Below, piece after piece: positions 18,588 to 28,338 of a DNA stretch of 64,000 bases. The notes under the pieces are model-generated. The model saw only the letters and a program-made list of their open reading frames with translations. It did no database searches and was not told the origin of the DNA. This DNA is from Clostridiaceae bacterium (GTDB lineage Bacteria; Bacillota; Clostridia; Oscillospirales; Acutalibacteraceae). The translations under genes and the position numbers were made by a program. The stretch spans positions 6,528 to 70,527 of the forward strand of contig CAJGCL010000001.1 in NCBI GenBank assembly GCA_904501675.1. Direction: 5' to 3'. Within the stretch, counting starts at the first letter, position 1. Each line of letters begins with the position of its first letter.

Positions 18588-20006
18588 TTATTTGGCAAGT
18601 TTGCTATAATCCTTAACTATTTCTATACTGTTCTTTCTTCTCTTTCTTCTACGACGGCTGTTTTTAGTTCCCAAGATATAAAGAACAATAAGAACTATAA
18701 CAATAACAAATATTGTAATAAACAATTTTGAACTCATGAGCTTCTCAATCCAACTGAACATAGCCCATAAATAGTTCTTTTTAACATCCTGTTGAGCAAC
18801 AAGAGAAATCTCGGTGATTTTTATACCTTCATACATAAGGTCTGCTTTACCTATAGAATCACCTTGCTTAATAGGAGCTTTTACTTCTTCAGGAAAATCA
18901 TCATGATACTTCACAGTCATATCATCAATGGAAATATCCTTATGAACAACTGCTGTTATATCGCTTACAGGAACAACTGCAACATAGTCGTTTCCTCTAC
19001 CAAATTTTACAGCAACCTCACCTACGTTATATGTTTCATCGGCAAGCACTTTCATTTTAATATTCTTGAACGCCCACTGAAGCATATATCTGCAGGTTGC
19101 AAAGGCGGTATTTCTTTCTTTGCCTGAATCAAACCAATCGAAAGTACCTTTCATAGCAATTGAAATATATGTGTAGCCGTCTTTAGTAGCACTTGAAATA
19201 AGGCAGGTACCTGCTTTATCGGTAGTACCTGTTTTAAGACCAATAGCACCTTCATAGTAATGAGGGTCATAGTCATTAAGAAGCGCGTTTGTGTTATAAA
19301 GATACCTTTCCTGGTCATATTTGTTTGTAGGTGGCATTGTTTTGCCGTATTTAGAAGATATTTTTCTTATTACATCACTTTTAAGGGCTTCCTTTGCAAT
19401 AAGATACATATCTGAGGCTGTAGTCTGATTTTGGGTGGTTCCGTTAAAACCTTCGATTGATTCATCATCAAGACCGTGAGGGTTTGCAAAAAATGTGTTT
19501 TTACAGCCTAAGTTCTTGCAATATTCGTTCATTTCATTAACAAAAGCCTGCGGGTCCCCATTACCATAGTGGTAAGCAAAAACAGCTGCAGCATCATTAG
19601 CACTAGGTAAGAATAAGCAATAAAGAAGCATTTCAAGAGAAACAATTTCATCGGCAAGAAGCCCTGCAATTGAACTACCCGTTCCTAAAAGGCTGTCAAC
19701 AGCTTCTTTTGTACAAAGAATCTGTGTTTGAAAATCATCACCCTTTGAAAGAACCACAAGAGCTGTTACAATTTTAGTAAGAGAAGCAGGAGCTGTTATC
19801 ATATCTGCATTTTTACTATAAATAACAGTATCTGTATCTGCATTAACCAGAAGACAGATTTCTGATTCGTAATCAGGAGCATCAACATCGTAATACCCAC
19901 CAGAAGTTTTTACTTTGTTTTCGTCATCATTTGTAGACAAACCTACAACAGAAAGGCTTGGCAATAAAATTAATATAGAAATTATAAAAATAAGGAATTT
20001 TTTCAT
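18588..20006 (-). CDS. D-alanyl-D-alanine carboxypeptidase (PBP5-type) with C-terminal membrane anchor
   Basis: SxxK (SLTKIV), SxN (SANDAA), KTG (KTGTT). C-terminal TM plus RRRRKRRK tail. Start ATG 20004-20006 is 6 nt after GGTGA; alternative ATG at 20012. Confidence 0.88.
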   Translation of the reverse strand: MKKFLIFIISILILLPSLSVVGLSTNDDENKVKTSGGYYDVDAPDYESEICLLVNADTDTVIYSKNADMITAPASLTKIVTALVVLSKGDDFQTQILCTKEAVDSLLGTGSSIAGLLADEIVSLEMLLYCLFLPSANDAAAVFAYHYGNGDPQAFVNEMNEYCKNLGCKNTFFANPHGLDDESIEGFNGTTQNQTTASDMYLIAKEALKSDVIRKISSKYGKTMPPTNKYDQERYLYNTNALLNDYDPHYYEGAIGLKTGTTDKAGTCLISSATKDGYTYISIAMKGTFDWFDSGKERNTAFATCRYMLQWAFKNIKMKVLADETYNVGEVAVKFGRGNDYVAVVPVSDITAVVHKDISIDDMTVKYHDDFPEEVKAPIKQGDSIGKADLMYEGIKITEISLVAQQDVKKNYLWAMFSWIEKLMSSKLFITIFVIVIVLIVLYILGTKNSRRRRKRRKNSIEIVKDYSKLAK

Positions 20007-20125
20007 AGACATTCACCGATAAATGTTATAGAATATTATTACATTGAATAAATATTTGTTTTTGTCATTATACCATTTTATTTGACAAAGTTAAATAGTA
20101 TTTTACAAAAAAGGAGAACAAAAAT

Positions 20126-20827
20126 ATGGTTTTTGTTACCGGTGATACCCACGGCGACCCAAACAGACTTTCAAAAAACCACCTCAAATGCCTTAACGAA
20201 GGCGACACACTGATTGTATGCGGTGATTTTGGTTTTATATGGGATAAATCAAAGGCAGAGCAAAAGTTCCTTAAAGCGCTTTCAAAAAGAAATTATAACA
20301 TCTGCTTTATAGATGGAACTCACGAAAACTTTGATTTACTTAACGCCTACCCTCTTACCATATGGAATGGTGGCAAGGTGCACCAGATTTCAGACAACAT
20401 CTTCCACCTTATGCGCGGTCAGGTTTTTGAAATCGACGGACTTAAGATATTTACTATGGGCGGCGGCGAAAGCCCTGACCTTGATGCAAGAATCGAAGAT
20501 AATCCTTGGCTCAAATACGAAATACCATCTAAAAACGAGCTTTTAGAAGGTGCAGCTAATCTTGAAAACAACGATTGCAAAATTGATATTATAATCACCC
20601 ACGAGCCATCCTCTACAATTAAAGGATTTCTTAAATTAGGTGAAAGTGAAGCAGTGCGTGTTACAACACTTAACGCATACTTTGATGAGCTTTCAAAATG
20701 CAGCGAATTCAAGCGTTGGTTCTTTGGAAGCCTTCATTTGGATAAATACATTTCAAACACATATATAGGCGTTCACAAAGCAGTTGTAAACGCCCACACA
20801 GGTGAAAGAGTAGCCTTCGATGTATAA
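20126..20827 (+). CDS. metallophosphoesterase family protein
   Basis: Calcineurin-like motifs GDTHGD, GDFG, GTHEN. SD AAGGAG upstream. Confidence 0.85.
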   Translation: MVFVTGDTHGDPNRLSKNHLKCLNEGDTLIVCGDFGFIWDKSKAEQKFLKALSKRNYNICFIDGTHENFDLLNAYPLTIWNGGKVHQISDNIFHLMRGQVFEIDGLKIFTMGGGESPDLDARIEDNPWLKYEIPSKNELLEGAANLENNDCKIDIIITHEPSSTIKGFLKLGESEAVRVTTLNAYFDELSKCSEFKRWFFGSLHLDKYISNTYIGVHKAVVNAHTGERVAFDV

Positions 20828-20829
20828 AG

Positions 20830-20866
20830 AAAACAGTCAACTTAAAACGAGTTGACTGTTTTTGCT
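20830..20866. terminator. bidirectional intrinsic terminator between the metallophosphoesterase gene and metH
   Basis: aaaacagtcaac / gttgactgtttt 12-bp stem with T-runs on both strands. Confidence 0.75.
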
Positions 20867-23266
20867 TTATTTGTAGATTTCTTCTGCGTAGCGTACTGTT
20901 TCCATAGCATCTCTCGCATATTTGTCAGCACCGATTTTATCAGCATATTCCTGAGTTAAAACAGCGCCGCCAACTACAGTTTTACACCATGGTGCTTTTT
21001 CATTCAGCAGTTTTATTGTTTCCTCCATCGCAGGAACCGTTGTAGTCATAAGAGCGCTGAGACCTGCTATTTTAGCCTTATTCTCAAGAACTGCATTAAA
21101 AACAGTTTCAGGCGGAACATCTTTACCTAAATCTATAACATTAAAGCTATAGTTCTCAAGAAGAAGTTTTACGATGTTTTTTCCTATATCGTGGATATCG
21201 CCTTTTACTGTTGCTATAACAACTGTACCTTTAGTCTCTCTTGTATTAGCACCTGACATATTGGCTTTAATTTTTTCAAAAGAATATTTTGCAGCCTCGG
21301 CACTCATAAGAAGCTGAGGAAGATATACAGTTTTCTTCTCAAAGCCCTCACCTACAACATTGAGAGCAGGTATAATATCACCATTAACAATATTCAATGG
21401 TTCAATTGATTTTAAAAGCTCCCCTGTTAATATAGCCGCTTTTTCCTTAAAGCCCTTTATAATTGTTTCCTGAAGTTCAGAATTATATTTAACTGAAGCA
21501 TTTGTTGTAGCAGTGTTTACTGCCTGCATTGAAACTGCTAAGAAAGTATCCGCAACTGAAACATACTCTTCGCAATTGGTGTCAAAGCCTTTAAGAGCAT
21601 TAAAGGAATAATATGTTTTCATCATATCCTGCGAATAAGGATTCATAATTGCTGCAGATAGTCCGTTTTCGAGTGCAAGAGAAAAGAAAACGCTGTTAAC
21701 TGCATCTCTGTTGGGAAGACCAAAAGAAACATTTGAAACGCCTAAAGATGTGTGGCAACCAAGTTTTTCTTTAATATCTTTTAAAGCTTTAAGGGTAACG
21801 AGAGCAGAATTATTATCTGCACTTATAGTCATTGCAAGTGTATCAAAAATAATATCCTTTTTCTTTACACCATAGCTTTGCGCAGTATCAAGAATTTTTT
21901 TGGCTATCTTAAATCTGCCCTCTGCAGTTTCAGGGATACCGTTTTCGTCAAGAGTTAAAGCAACAACAACGCCACCATATTTTTTCACAAGCGGGAAAAC
22001 CTGCTCCATACTCTCTTTTTTGCCATTTACAGAGTTTATCATAGCTTTACCATTATAAACCCTCATCGCACTTTCCATAGCCTTAACGTCAGCTGTATCT
22101 ATCTGCAACGGAAGGTCTGCAACAGACTGAAGACGGCGCACGGCATTCAAAAGCATTTCTTTTTCGTCAATATCAGGAAGACCTACATTAACGTCAAGAA
22201 TATGAACACCTTTTTCTTTTTGGTTTACACCCTCGTTAAGAATATAGTTTATATCATTTTCAATAAGAGCTTGTTTAAACCTTTTTTTACCCGTAGGATT
22301 GATACGCTCACCTATAAGTACAGGCTTTTTACCAAAAGAAACTGTATGGGTATATGAAGAAACAACTGTACTATTCTTTTCTGTAACAGGAACCGGATGA
22401 AAACCGTCTAATTTATCACTTAACGCTTTTATATATTCGGGGGTTGTACCGCAACAACCACCTACAACACGCACGCCCATTTTCACCATATCGTAAACAC
22501 TTGCGGAAAAAGCTTCAGGGGATACGTCAAAAACAGTTTTTTCATCTACTACCTTGGGAAGACCTGCGTTAGGCTTCATTGAAACAGGAACAGAAGAATT
22601 TAATACAAGCTCCTTTGCTACATTTTTTAGTTGCTCAGGACCTAAAGAGCAGTTTGCACCAATAACATCTGCACCCATACCTTCCAGAAGAGCTACCATA
22701 GCCTGTGGATTTGCCCCCGTCATAAGTTTACCGTCTTCACCATAGGCATTTGAAACAATAACTGGTAAATCAGAATTTTCTTTAACTGCAAGAAGAGCAG
22801 CTTTTGTCTCGTAACTATCGTTCATTGTTTCGATAATTACCAAATCCGCCCCGTATTTTACACCAAGCCTTACAGTTTCAGTGAATATTTTTACCGCATC
22901 TTCAAAATCCAAATCACCAATAGGCTTTAAAAGTTTTCCCGTAGGACCTAAATCAAGAGCTACAAATTTTTCTTTTTGAGATGAAGATTGCTTTGCGGCA
23001 TTTCTGGCGTTATCAACAGCTTTTGCAATAATATCTTCCAACTCATCGAGAGAGAATTTAAGTATATTCGCACCAAAGGTATTGGTACAGACAACGTTGC
23101 TGCCTGCATCATAATAATCTTTATGTATTTTTGTTATTATCTCAGGATGGGATATATTCCAACGCTCAGGCAAATCACCCACCTGAAGACCTTGGGACTG
23201 CAAAAGCGTACCCATACCACCATCAAGAATAACTATATTGTTTTTCAGAAACTCTTTAAAGCTCAT
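20867..23266 (-). CDS. metH: methionine synthase, short form (homocysteine-binding, pterin-binding and B12-binding modules; no AdoMet reactivation domain)
   Basis: GGCCGT zinc/homocysteine site, pterin-binding middle region, cobalamin DxHxxG (GDIHDIGKN). Confidence 0.9.
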   Translation of the reverse strand: MSFKEFLKNNIVILDGGMGTLLQSQGLQVGDLPERWNISHPEIITKIHKDYYDAGSNVVCTNTFGANILKFSLDELEDIIAKAVDNARNAAKQSSSQKEKFVALDLGPTGKLLKPIGDLDFEDAVKIFTETVRLGVKYGADLVIIETMNDSYETKAALLAVKENSDLPVIVSNAYGEDGKLMTGANPQAMVALLEGMGADVIGANCSLGPEQLKNVAKELVLNSSVPVSMKPNAGLPKVVDEKTVFDVSPEAFSASVYDMVKMGVRVVGGCCGTTPEYIKALSDKLDGFHPVPVTEKNSTVVSSYTHTVSFGKKPVLIGERINPTGKKRFKQALIENDINYILNEGVNQKEKGVHILDVNVGLPDIDEKEMLLNAVRRLQSVADLPLQIDTADVKAMESAMRVYNGKAMINSVNGKKESMEQVFPLVKKYGGVVVALTLDENGIPETAEGRFKIAKKILDTAQSYGVKKKDIIFDTLAMTISADNNSALVTLKALKDIKEKLGCHTSLGVSNVSFGLPNRDAVNSVFFSLALENGLSAAIMNPYSQDMMKTYYSFNALKGFDTNCEEYVSVADTFLAVSMQAVNTATTNASVKYNSELQETIIKGFKEKAAILTGELLKSIEPLNIVNGDIIPALNVVGEGFEKKTVYLPQLLMSAEAAKYSFEKIKANMSGANTRETKGTVVIATVKGDIHDIGKNIVKLLLENYSFNVIDLGKDVPPETVFNAVLENKAKIAGLSALMTTTVPAMEETIKLLNEKAPWCKTVVGGAVLTQEYADKIGADKYARDAMETVRYAEEIYK

Positions 23267-23275
23267 TTTGAAATC

Positions 23276-24154
23276 TCACTTCCCCAATATATCTGAAAGA
23301 TTACTTTGAATTATCCGGGCAACATCAGGCTTGTTCATTGAATAAACATGCACATTTGTTATGCCGTTAGCATACAAATCGATTATCTGGTCTGTAGCGT
23401 AAGCTATACCCGCCTGCTTCATAGCATCAGGATATGAACCGAATTTATCTACAAGGCTTTTGAAACGTTGAGGCATAAATGAGCCTGAAAGTTTTATTGA
23501 ACGCTCAACCTGGTTTGCATTTGTAATAGGCATAATACCCGGAATTACAGGCACTGTTATACCTGCCTCACGGATTTTATAAAGAAAGTTATACAGAAGA
23601 TTATTATCAAAAAACATCTGGGTTGTAAGAAAATCGCAACCAGCACTAACCTTTTCTTTAAGACGCTTTATATCTTCTTCCTGATTTTTACTTTCAGGAT
23701 GAACCTCAGGATAGCAAGCACCACCTATACAGAAATCATAGCCTGACCTTTTCAGTTCATTTATTAGCTCAATTGCATATGTATAATCCCAATTGCTTCT
23801 GTCATCGTTTTCCATTGAATCAGGAATATCGCCTCTGAGCGCCATAATATTTGTAATACCGGCATTATGTATTTCTTCAATTTTTTCTTTAATAGTCTGC
23901 TTTGAAGATGACACGCAAGTAAGGTGGGCAAGAGTTGGCACACCATAAAGCTCTTTTATATTTTTTGCAATATCAAGGGTATATTTACTTGTGCCACCGC
24001 CTGCTCCATATGTAACACTCATAAAAGCGGGATTCAGCTTTGCTATTTCCTCCGTTGCAATTTTTACGGAGTCAAAAGTCGTTTCTGTTTTTGGTGGAAA
24101 AACCTCAAAGGATATTGAAAGCTTTTTATTATTAAGTAAATCTATTATTTTCAT
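23276..24154 (-). CDS. metF: methylenetetrahydrofolate reductase [NAD(P)H]
   Basis: SFEVFPPKT...VTYGAGG MTHFR signature. 9 nt upstream of metH. Confidence 0.92.
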   Translation of the reverse strand: MKIIDLLNNKKLSISFEVFPPKTETTFDSVKIATEEIAKLNPAFMSVTYGAGGGTSKYTLDIAKNIKELYGVPTLAHLTCVSSSKQTIKEKIEEIHNAGITNIMALRGDIPDSMENDDRSNWDYTYAIELINELKRSGYDFCIGGACYPEVHPESKNQEEDIKRLKEKVSAGCDFLTTQMFFDNNLLYNFLYKIREAGITVPVIPGIMPITNANQVERSIKLSGSFMPQRFKSLVDKFGSYPDAMKQAGIAYATDQIIDLYANGITNVHVYSMNKPDVARIIQSNLSDILGK

Positions 24155-24184
24155 ATTTCATCACCCTGAAAAATCTGTTAATTC

Positions 24185-24214
24185 ATTATACATCTTTAAT
24201 ATTAAACAAATCAA
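24185..24214 (-). promoter_or_regulatory. putative promoter of metF-metH
   Basis: Minus strand TTGATT (24209-24214), 18 nt, TATAAT (24185-24190). Lies just downstream of the spoVM terminator. Confidence 0.5.
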
Positions 24215-24226
24215 GTATTTATACAA

Positions 24227-24262
24227 CAAAAGGCACAGATCCAATGAATCCGTGCCTTTTTA
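24227..24262 (-). terminator. intrinsic terminator after spoVM (end of the prkC-rsgA-spoVM unit)
   Basis: aaaaggcac / gtgcctttt stem, then TTTTGTTG on the minus strand. Confidence 0.7.
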
Positions 24263-24275
24263 TGTTTATGTAATT

Positions 24276-24350
24276 TTATTCTTTGATGCCAAAAACAAGC
24301 TTTAAAAAACCTCTTAAAAATTTAGGACTCTGACATACTACAACTTTCAT
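24276..24350 (-). CDS. spoVM: stage V sporulation protein M (24 aa amphipathic peptide)
   Basis: Not in the ORF track (too short). My translation is MKVVVCQSPKFLRGFLKLVFGIKE, compared with B. subtilis SpoVM MKFYTIKLPKFLGGIVRAMLGSFRKD. SD AAAGGAG lies 9 nt upstream and a terminator 14 nt downstream. Same neighbourhood as in B. subtilis (after prkC-rsgA). Confidence 0.8.
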   Translation of the reverse strand: MKVVVCQSPKFLRGFLKLVFGIKE

Positions 24351-24403
24351 AAAACACCGCTCCTTTATTGTTTACTACATAATATGAGCAGTTATAAAAA
24401 GTG

Positions 24404-25294
24404 TTACAATTCCCATTCTTTAAGATCTTTAACATCGTTATACATAGCAACATAGTTTTCATGGCGTTTAGGACTAATTTCACCCTCATCAAGTGCCTGA
24501 AGTATAGCGCAACCTTTCTCAACTGTATGGGAACAGGAAGTAAATTTACAGCAACCTAAATAATCAATGAATTCAGGAAAGCAGAAAGGAAGGTTCTCTT
24601 TAACTATAATTTCACTACTCTCCTGAATATCAAGAGAAGAGAAGCCGGGCGTATCGGCAACCAAACCTTCGCCAATATGGTAAAGAGTTACCTCACGCGT
24701 TGTATGCCTGCCTCTGCCTAACTTATCACTTATTTCGCCTGTTGCGAGAGAAAAGCGAGAATCAATAGCATTAAGAAGAGAGGATTTACCAACGCCTGTA
24801 TTACCTGTAAATACAGTTATGCCCTCGCCTATCATAGCTTTGACTTTATCGACACCCTCACCTGTTTTATTGCAGACAGAGCAAACCTCAATACCTGCTT
24901 TTTTATAAATCTCCTCGTACTCCGTTGTATCCGCCAAATCGCTTTTTGAAAACACAACACAAGGCTTTATTCCTTTATCAACGGCAATAGCAGTTAATTT
25001 ATCTATAACAAGAAGACTTGGAACAGGCTCCTTTATTGAAGAAACAACAATTAATGTGTCGATATTGGCAACAGGCGGTCTGACAAGAGAATTCTTTCTT
25101 CCAAGAATTTCATCAATGGTATTTTCTTTACCTTCTCTTACAGTAATTTTCACATTATCCCCTGCAAGAGGTATAATCCTTTTCTTACGAAAAGCACCAC
25201 GAGCCTTACACTCAAACACTTCGCCGGCGGCTTCTACATAATAGAAGCCGCCGATACCCTTAATTATAACACCGTCTAAAATTCTATCTGCCAT
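24404..25294 (-). CDS. rsgA: ribosome small subunit-dependent GTPase A
   Basis: Circularly permuted GTPase: P-loop GNTGVGKSSLLN, C-terminal zinc knuckle CKFTSCSH. Confidence 0.94.
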   Translation of the reverse strand: MADRILDGVIIKGIGGFYYVEAAGEVFECKARGAFRKKRIIPLAGDNVKITVREGKENTIDEILGRKNSLVRPPVANIDTLIVVSSIKEPVPSLLVIDKLTAIAVDKGIKPCVVFSKSDLADTTEYEEIYKKAGIEVCSVCNKTGEGVDKVKAMIGEGITVFTGNTGVGKSSLLNAIDSRFSLATGEISDKLGRGRHTTREVTLYHIGEGLVADTPGFSSLDIQESSEIIVKENLPFCFPEFIDYLGCCKFTSCSHTVEKGCAILQALDEGEISPKRHENYVAMYNDVKDLKEWEL

Positions 25295-27582
25295 TATTGC
25301 ACCTGAGTAATATTTTCTGATGTCTCCTCCAAAGACGGAGTAACAGCACTATTAGATTTATCTTTCGATACAGTTAAAACAATAGTAGCCGTTTTATCAA
25401 GACTCGGAGCAGAACTCTGGGATGGAGATTGATTTATTACTACTCCCGGATTTTCACTGCTTTCCTGTTCCTGAATAGTTATATTATTATAACCTGCGTT
25501 ATTTAATGAGGCTTTTGCATCGTTAACATTCATACCAATAACATTAACATAGAAGCTGACCGAATGATACTTTTCATCAGAAACTCTTACCGGATCTTTT
25601 TCAAAATCAGCGGTAGCTTCGTAATAAAGTGCATCATTAAGATATACTTTAATTTTTGATTTCTTTTCGCCTGCAACCTCAAATGAATAACTGCTTATAT
25701 TCTGAGTATCAACATTTTCCACAGATATGACTTCATTGTCAACCTCAACCTTTACAACGAGTGAACCTGCTTTTGATGGCATCGTAATTGATTTATTCAA
25801 AACTATTTTACCCGAACTTACGGTTAGAACGACACTATCACCTTTTTGAACAGGAGAACCATCTTTGGGCGATTGCTCAACGATTGTATCCTTTTGAGCG
25901 GTTGTATTAACAGTTTCAGTGCTTTTAAGCACAAGTCCTTGCTCTCTGATAATTTTTTCCGCCTCTTCAATATTCATACCAATAAAACTTGGCATTTTAA
26001 ATAATTGTCCTGATTCTGATGCTGCAGCATAGTAAACATTAACATTTGAGCCTGCGAAAACACTTGATCCTGAGGCAGGGTCAGTACGTATAACAGAACC
26101 AACATCTTCTTTTGATGTTGTATCAGGAATAAGCTTTACAACAAAGCCCATAGACTCCAAGGTATTATAGACAGACTGATAGTTTTCGCCATAAAAATCA
26201 GGAATAACAGTTCCTTCACCTGATTTTGCAATATAAAGACGAATTGTTACGCCCTTGGATACCTCTGTACCAGCTTCAGGGTCTTGTTTAAAAACGCAAC
26301 CATCTTTACCATCTGTGAATGATTCATAGGAAATTTCGAAATTATAGTTTTCATTATAAAGTTCATTATTAAGAATTTCTTCTTCATAATTCATTCCGAT
26401 AAATTTATCAACTTCAATTTTTTTGCCTACACCAAGTGTCCAATTGCCATTTACAAACTGAGATATAATAAGAACAATAATAAAGAGAATAACTGCAACG
26501 CCTACACCTGCAATAATTGCGGTACGCTTTGTATTAGTTTCATTTGCACTCTGTTGTTGAACAGTTGTAACAGGACGTCTGCTTGATGTATCTTCAATTT
26601 TTTTGCGCGGAATGTTTGCAGGAGGTACGGTTTTCACTTTCTCGTATGTATCCGTTGAAGAAAGAGAGCTTTCCCTTGTGCTACCCTGGATTTTTCCTAT
26701 ATATCTTGTTGGTTGTTCATCAACAAAATAGTTCACATAATCAAATTTAATATTAGGGTTACGCTTCAATTCTTCCAGGTCAAGAAGCATTTCCGCTGCA
26801 GTCTGATAACGCTCGCGAGTACTCTTCTGCATAGCTTTCATAGTAATCTGCTCAAAGCCTAATGGAATTTTAGCATTAATTGTACGAGGAGGCGCAGCTT
26901 CATTATTAACCTGCATAAGCGCAACTGAAACAGCGCTATCTGCTTCAAAAGGAAGTTTTCCTGTAAGCATTTCATAAAGCACAATACCTACAGAATAAAT
27001 ATCGGCTTTTTCGTCAGTAATCTCACCTTTAGCCTGTTCCGGACTGATATAGTGAACAGAACCAATTGCTTTTTCTGTCATAGTACGTGTTTCGCCATGA
27101 CTGAAGCGCGCAATACCGAAATCAGTAACCTTTATTGTTCCATTTTCGAGAAGCATTATATTCTGAGGCTTAACATCTCTATGAACAATACCCTTATCAT
27201 GAGCATGCTGAAGAGCGCGAAGAATCTGAACACTGAAGAAAAGGGCTTCGTTCCAATCAATTACACCTTTTTGCTCAATATACTCTTTGAGAGAGATGCC
27301 CTCAACATATTCCATAACAATATACTGCAATCTATCACCAAAGCTAACATCATAAACCTTTACAATGTTTCTATGGTTAAGAACAGCAATTGCTTTAGAT
27401 TCATTTTTAAATCTACGGCGAAATTCCTCGTTTGCAAGATATTCATCTTTAAGAATTTTAACCGCAACAATTCTGTCGTCAATATTATCGTACGCCTTAT
27501 AAACAACGGCCATACCACCAACACCGACAACATCCTGAATTTCATATCTGCCGTCTATTCGTTTTCCTACATAATTTTCCAT
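25294..27582 (-). CDS. prkC: Ser/Thr protein kinase with extracellular PASTA domains
   Basis: Hanks kinase motifs (VAVK, HRDVKPQN, DFG, SPEQ), one TM, four PASTA-like repeats. Confidence 0.93.
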   Translation of the reverse strand: MENYVGKRIDGRYEIQDVVGVGGMAVVYKAYDNIDDRIVAVKILKDEYLANEEFRRRFKNESKAIAVLNHRNIVKVYDVSFGDRLQYIVMEYVEGISLKEYIEQKGVIDWNEALFFSVQILRALQHAHDKGIVHRDVKPQNIMLLENGTIKVTDFGIARFSHGETRTMTEKAIGSVHYISPEQAKGEITDEKADIYSVGIVLYEMLTGKLPFEADSAVSVALMQVNNEAAPPRTINAKIPLGFEQITMKAMQKSTRERYQTAAEMLLDLEELKRNPNIKFDYVNYFVDEQPTRYIGKIQGSTRESSLSSTDTYEKVKTVPPANIPRKKIEDTSSRRPVTTVQQQSANETNTKRTAIIAGVGVAVILFIIVLIISQFVNGNWTLGVGKKIEVDKFIGMNYEEEILNNELYNENYNFEISYESFTDGKDGCVFKQDPEAGTEVSKGVTIRLYIAKSGEGTVIPDFYGENYQSVYNTLESMGFVVKLIPDTTSKEDVGSVIRTDPASGSSVFAGSNVNVYYAAASESGQLFKMPSFIGMNIEEAEKIIREQGLVLKSTETVNTTAQKDTIVEQSPKDGSPVQKGDSVVLTVSSGKIVLNKSITMPSKAGSLVVKVEVDNEVISVENVDTQNISSYSFEVAGEKKSKIKVYLNDALYYEATADFEKDPVRVSDEKYHSVSFYVNVIGMNVNDAKASLNNAGYNNITIQEQESSENPGVVINQSPSQSSAPSLDKTATIVLTVSKDKSNSAVTPSLEETSENITQVQ

Positions 27583-27584
27583 AC

Positions 27585-28319
27585 TTACTCTCCTTGGGCA
27601 CTCATAACAACAACTGTAATATTATCTCTGCTGCCGTTTTCAAGCGCTTTTTCAACAAGTTTTTCTGCTGAAGAATCACTGTATTCATTTATAATATTTA
27701 TCATTTCTTCATCACTTACACTTCCGCTTAAGCCGTCTGTGCAAACAAGAAGCTTTTCACCACTATTAACATCGCACACATCAAATTCCACATCAACAAA
27801 ATTAACAACACCAACTGCACGGGTAATAATATTTTTATCAGGATGGGTTTTTGCTTCATCTGCTGTGATTTTACCATTATCTATCATTAACTGAACAAGA
27901 GAATGGTCTTTTGTTATCTGTTTTACGGTTTCACCGCTTAAAATATACGCTCTGCTATCACCTACATGGGCGATTACAACAATATTCTTAATGATAATAG
28001 CTGCAACAATCGTTGTACCCATTCCGTGGTATTGGGGCTCTTCCTGGGCTTTATTATGAACAATAGAATTTGATGCGGTAATTGCAGAAAGAAGAAGATT
28101 CTGCGCCGCTTTTACACTAAGGTTTTCTCTGTAGCCGCGCTTTATTGCGGAAGAAACCTTTTCAACGCAAAGTTCGCTTGCAATCTGACCGCCTGAAACA
28201 CCGCCCATACCATCGCAAACAACAACCCAACTATCACCTGTCTCAAATATACCACAATCATACGTATCCTGATTGGATTCTCTATGATTACCTATATCTG
28301 TTAATGCTGAAATTATCAC
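27585..28319 (-). CDS. prpC: Stp1/PrpC-type PP2C Ser/Thr phosphatase
   Basis: PP2C motifs TDIGNHRESNQD and VCDGMGG. 2 nt upstream of prkC. Confidence 0.92.
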   Translation of the reverse strand: MIISALTDIGNHRESNQDTYDCGIFETGDSWVVVCDGMGGVSGGQIASELCVEKVSSAIKRGYRENLSVKAAQNLLLSAITASNSIVHNKAQEEPQYHGMGTTIVAAIIIKNIVVIAHVGDSRAYILSGETVKQITKDHSLVQLMIDNGKITADEAKTHPDKNIITRAVGVVNFVDVEFDVCDVNSGEKLLVCTDGLSGSVSDEEMINIINEYSDSSAEKLVEKALENGSRDNITVVVMSAQGE

Positions 28320-28338
28320 GGTGTTTCACCTCTTTTCA

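Noticed and set aside
24322-24522. 66-aa ORF-track entry spanning the rsgA 3' end and the spoVM start
   Set aside because: Out of frame with rsgA and overlaps it. The region is better explained by the SD plus the 24-codon spoVM ORF.
27052-27894. 280-aa plus-strand ORF antisense to prkC/prpC
   Set aside because: Lies entirely inside well-supported minus-strand genes. Low-complexity, Ile/Asn/Phe-rich translation typical of the antisense frame of AT-rich coding DNA. No SD.
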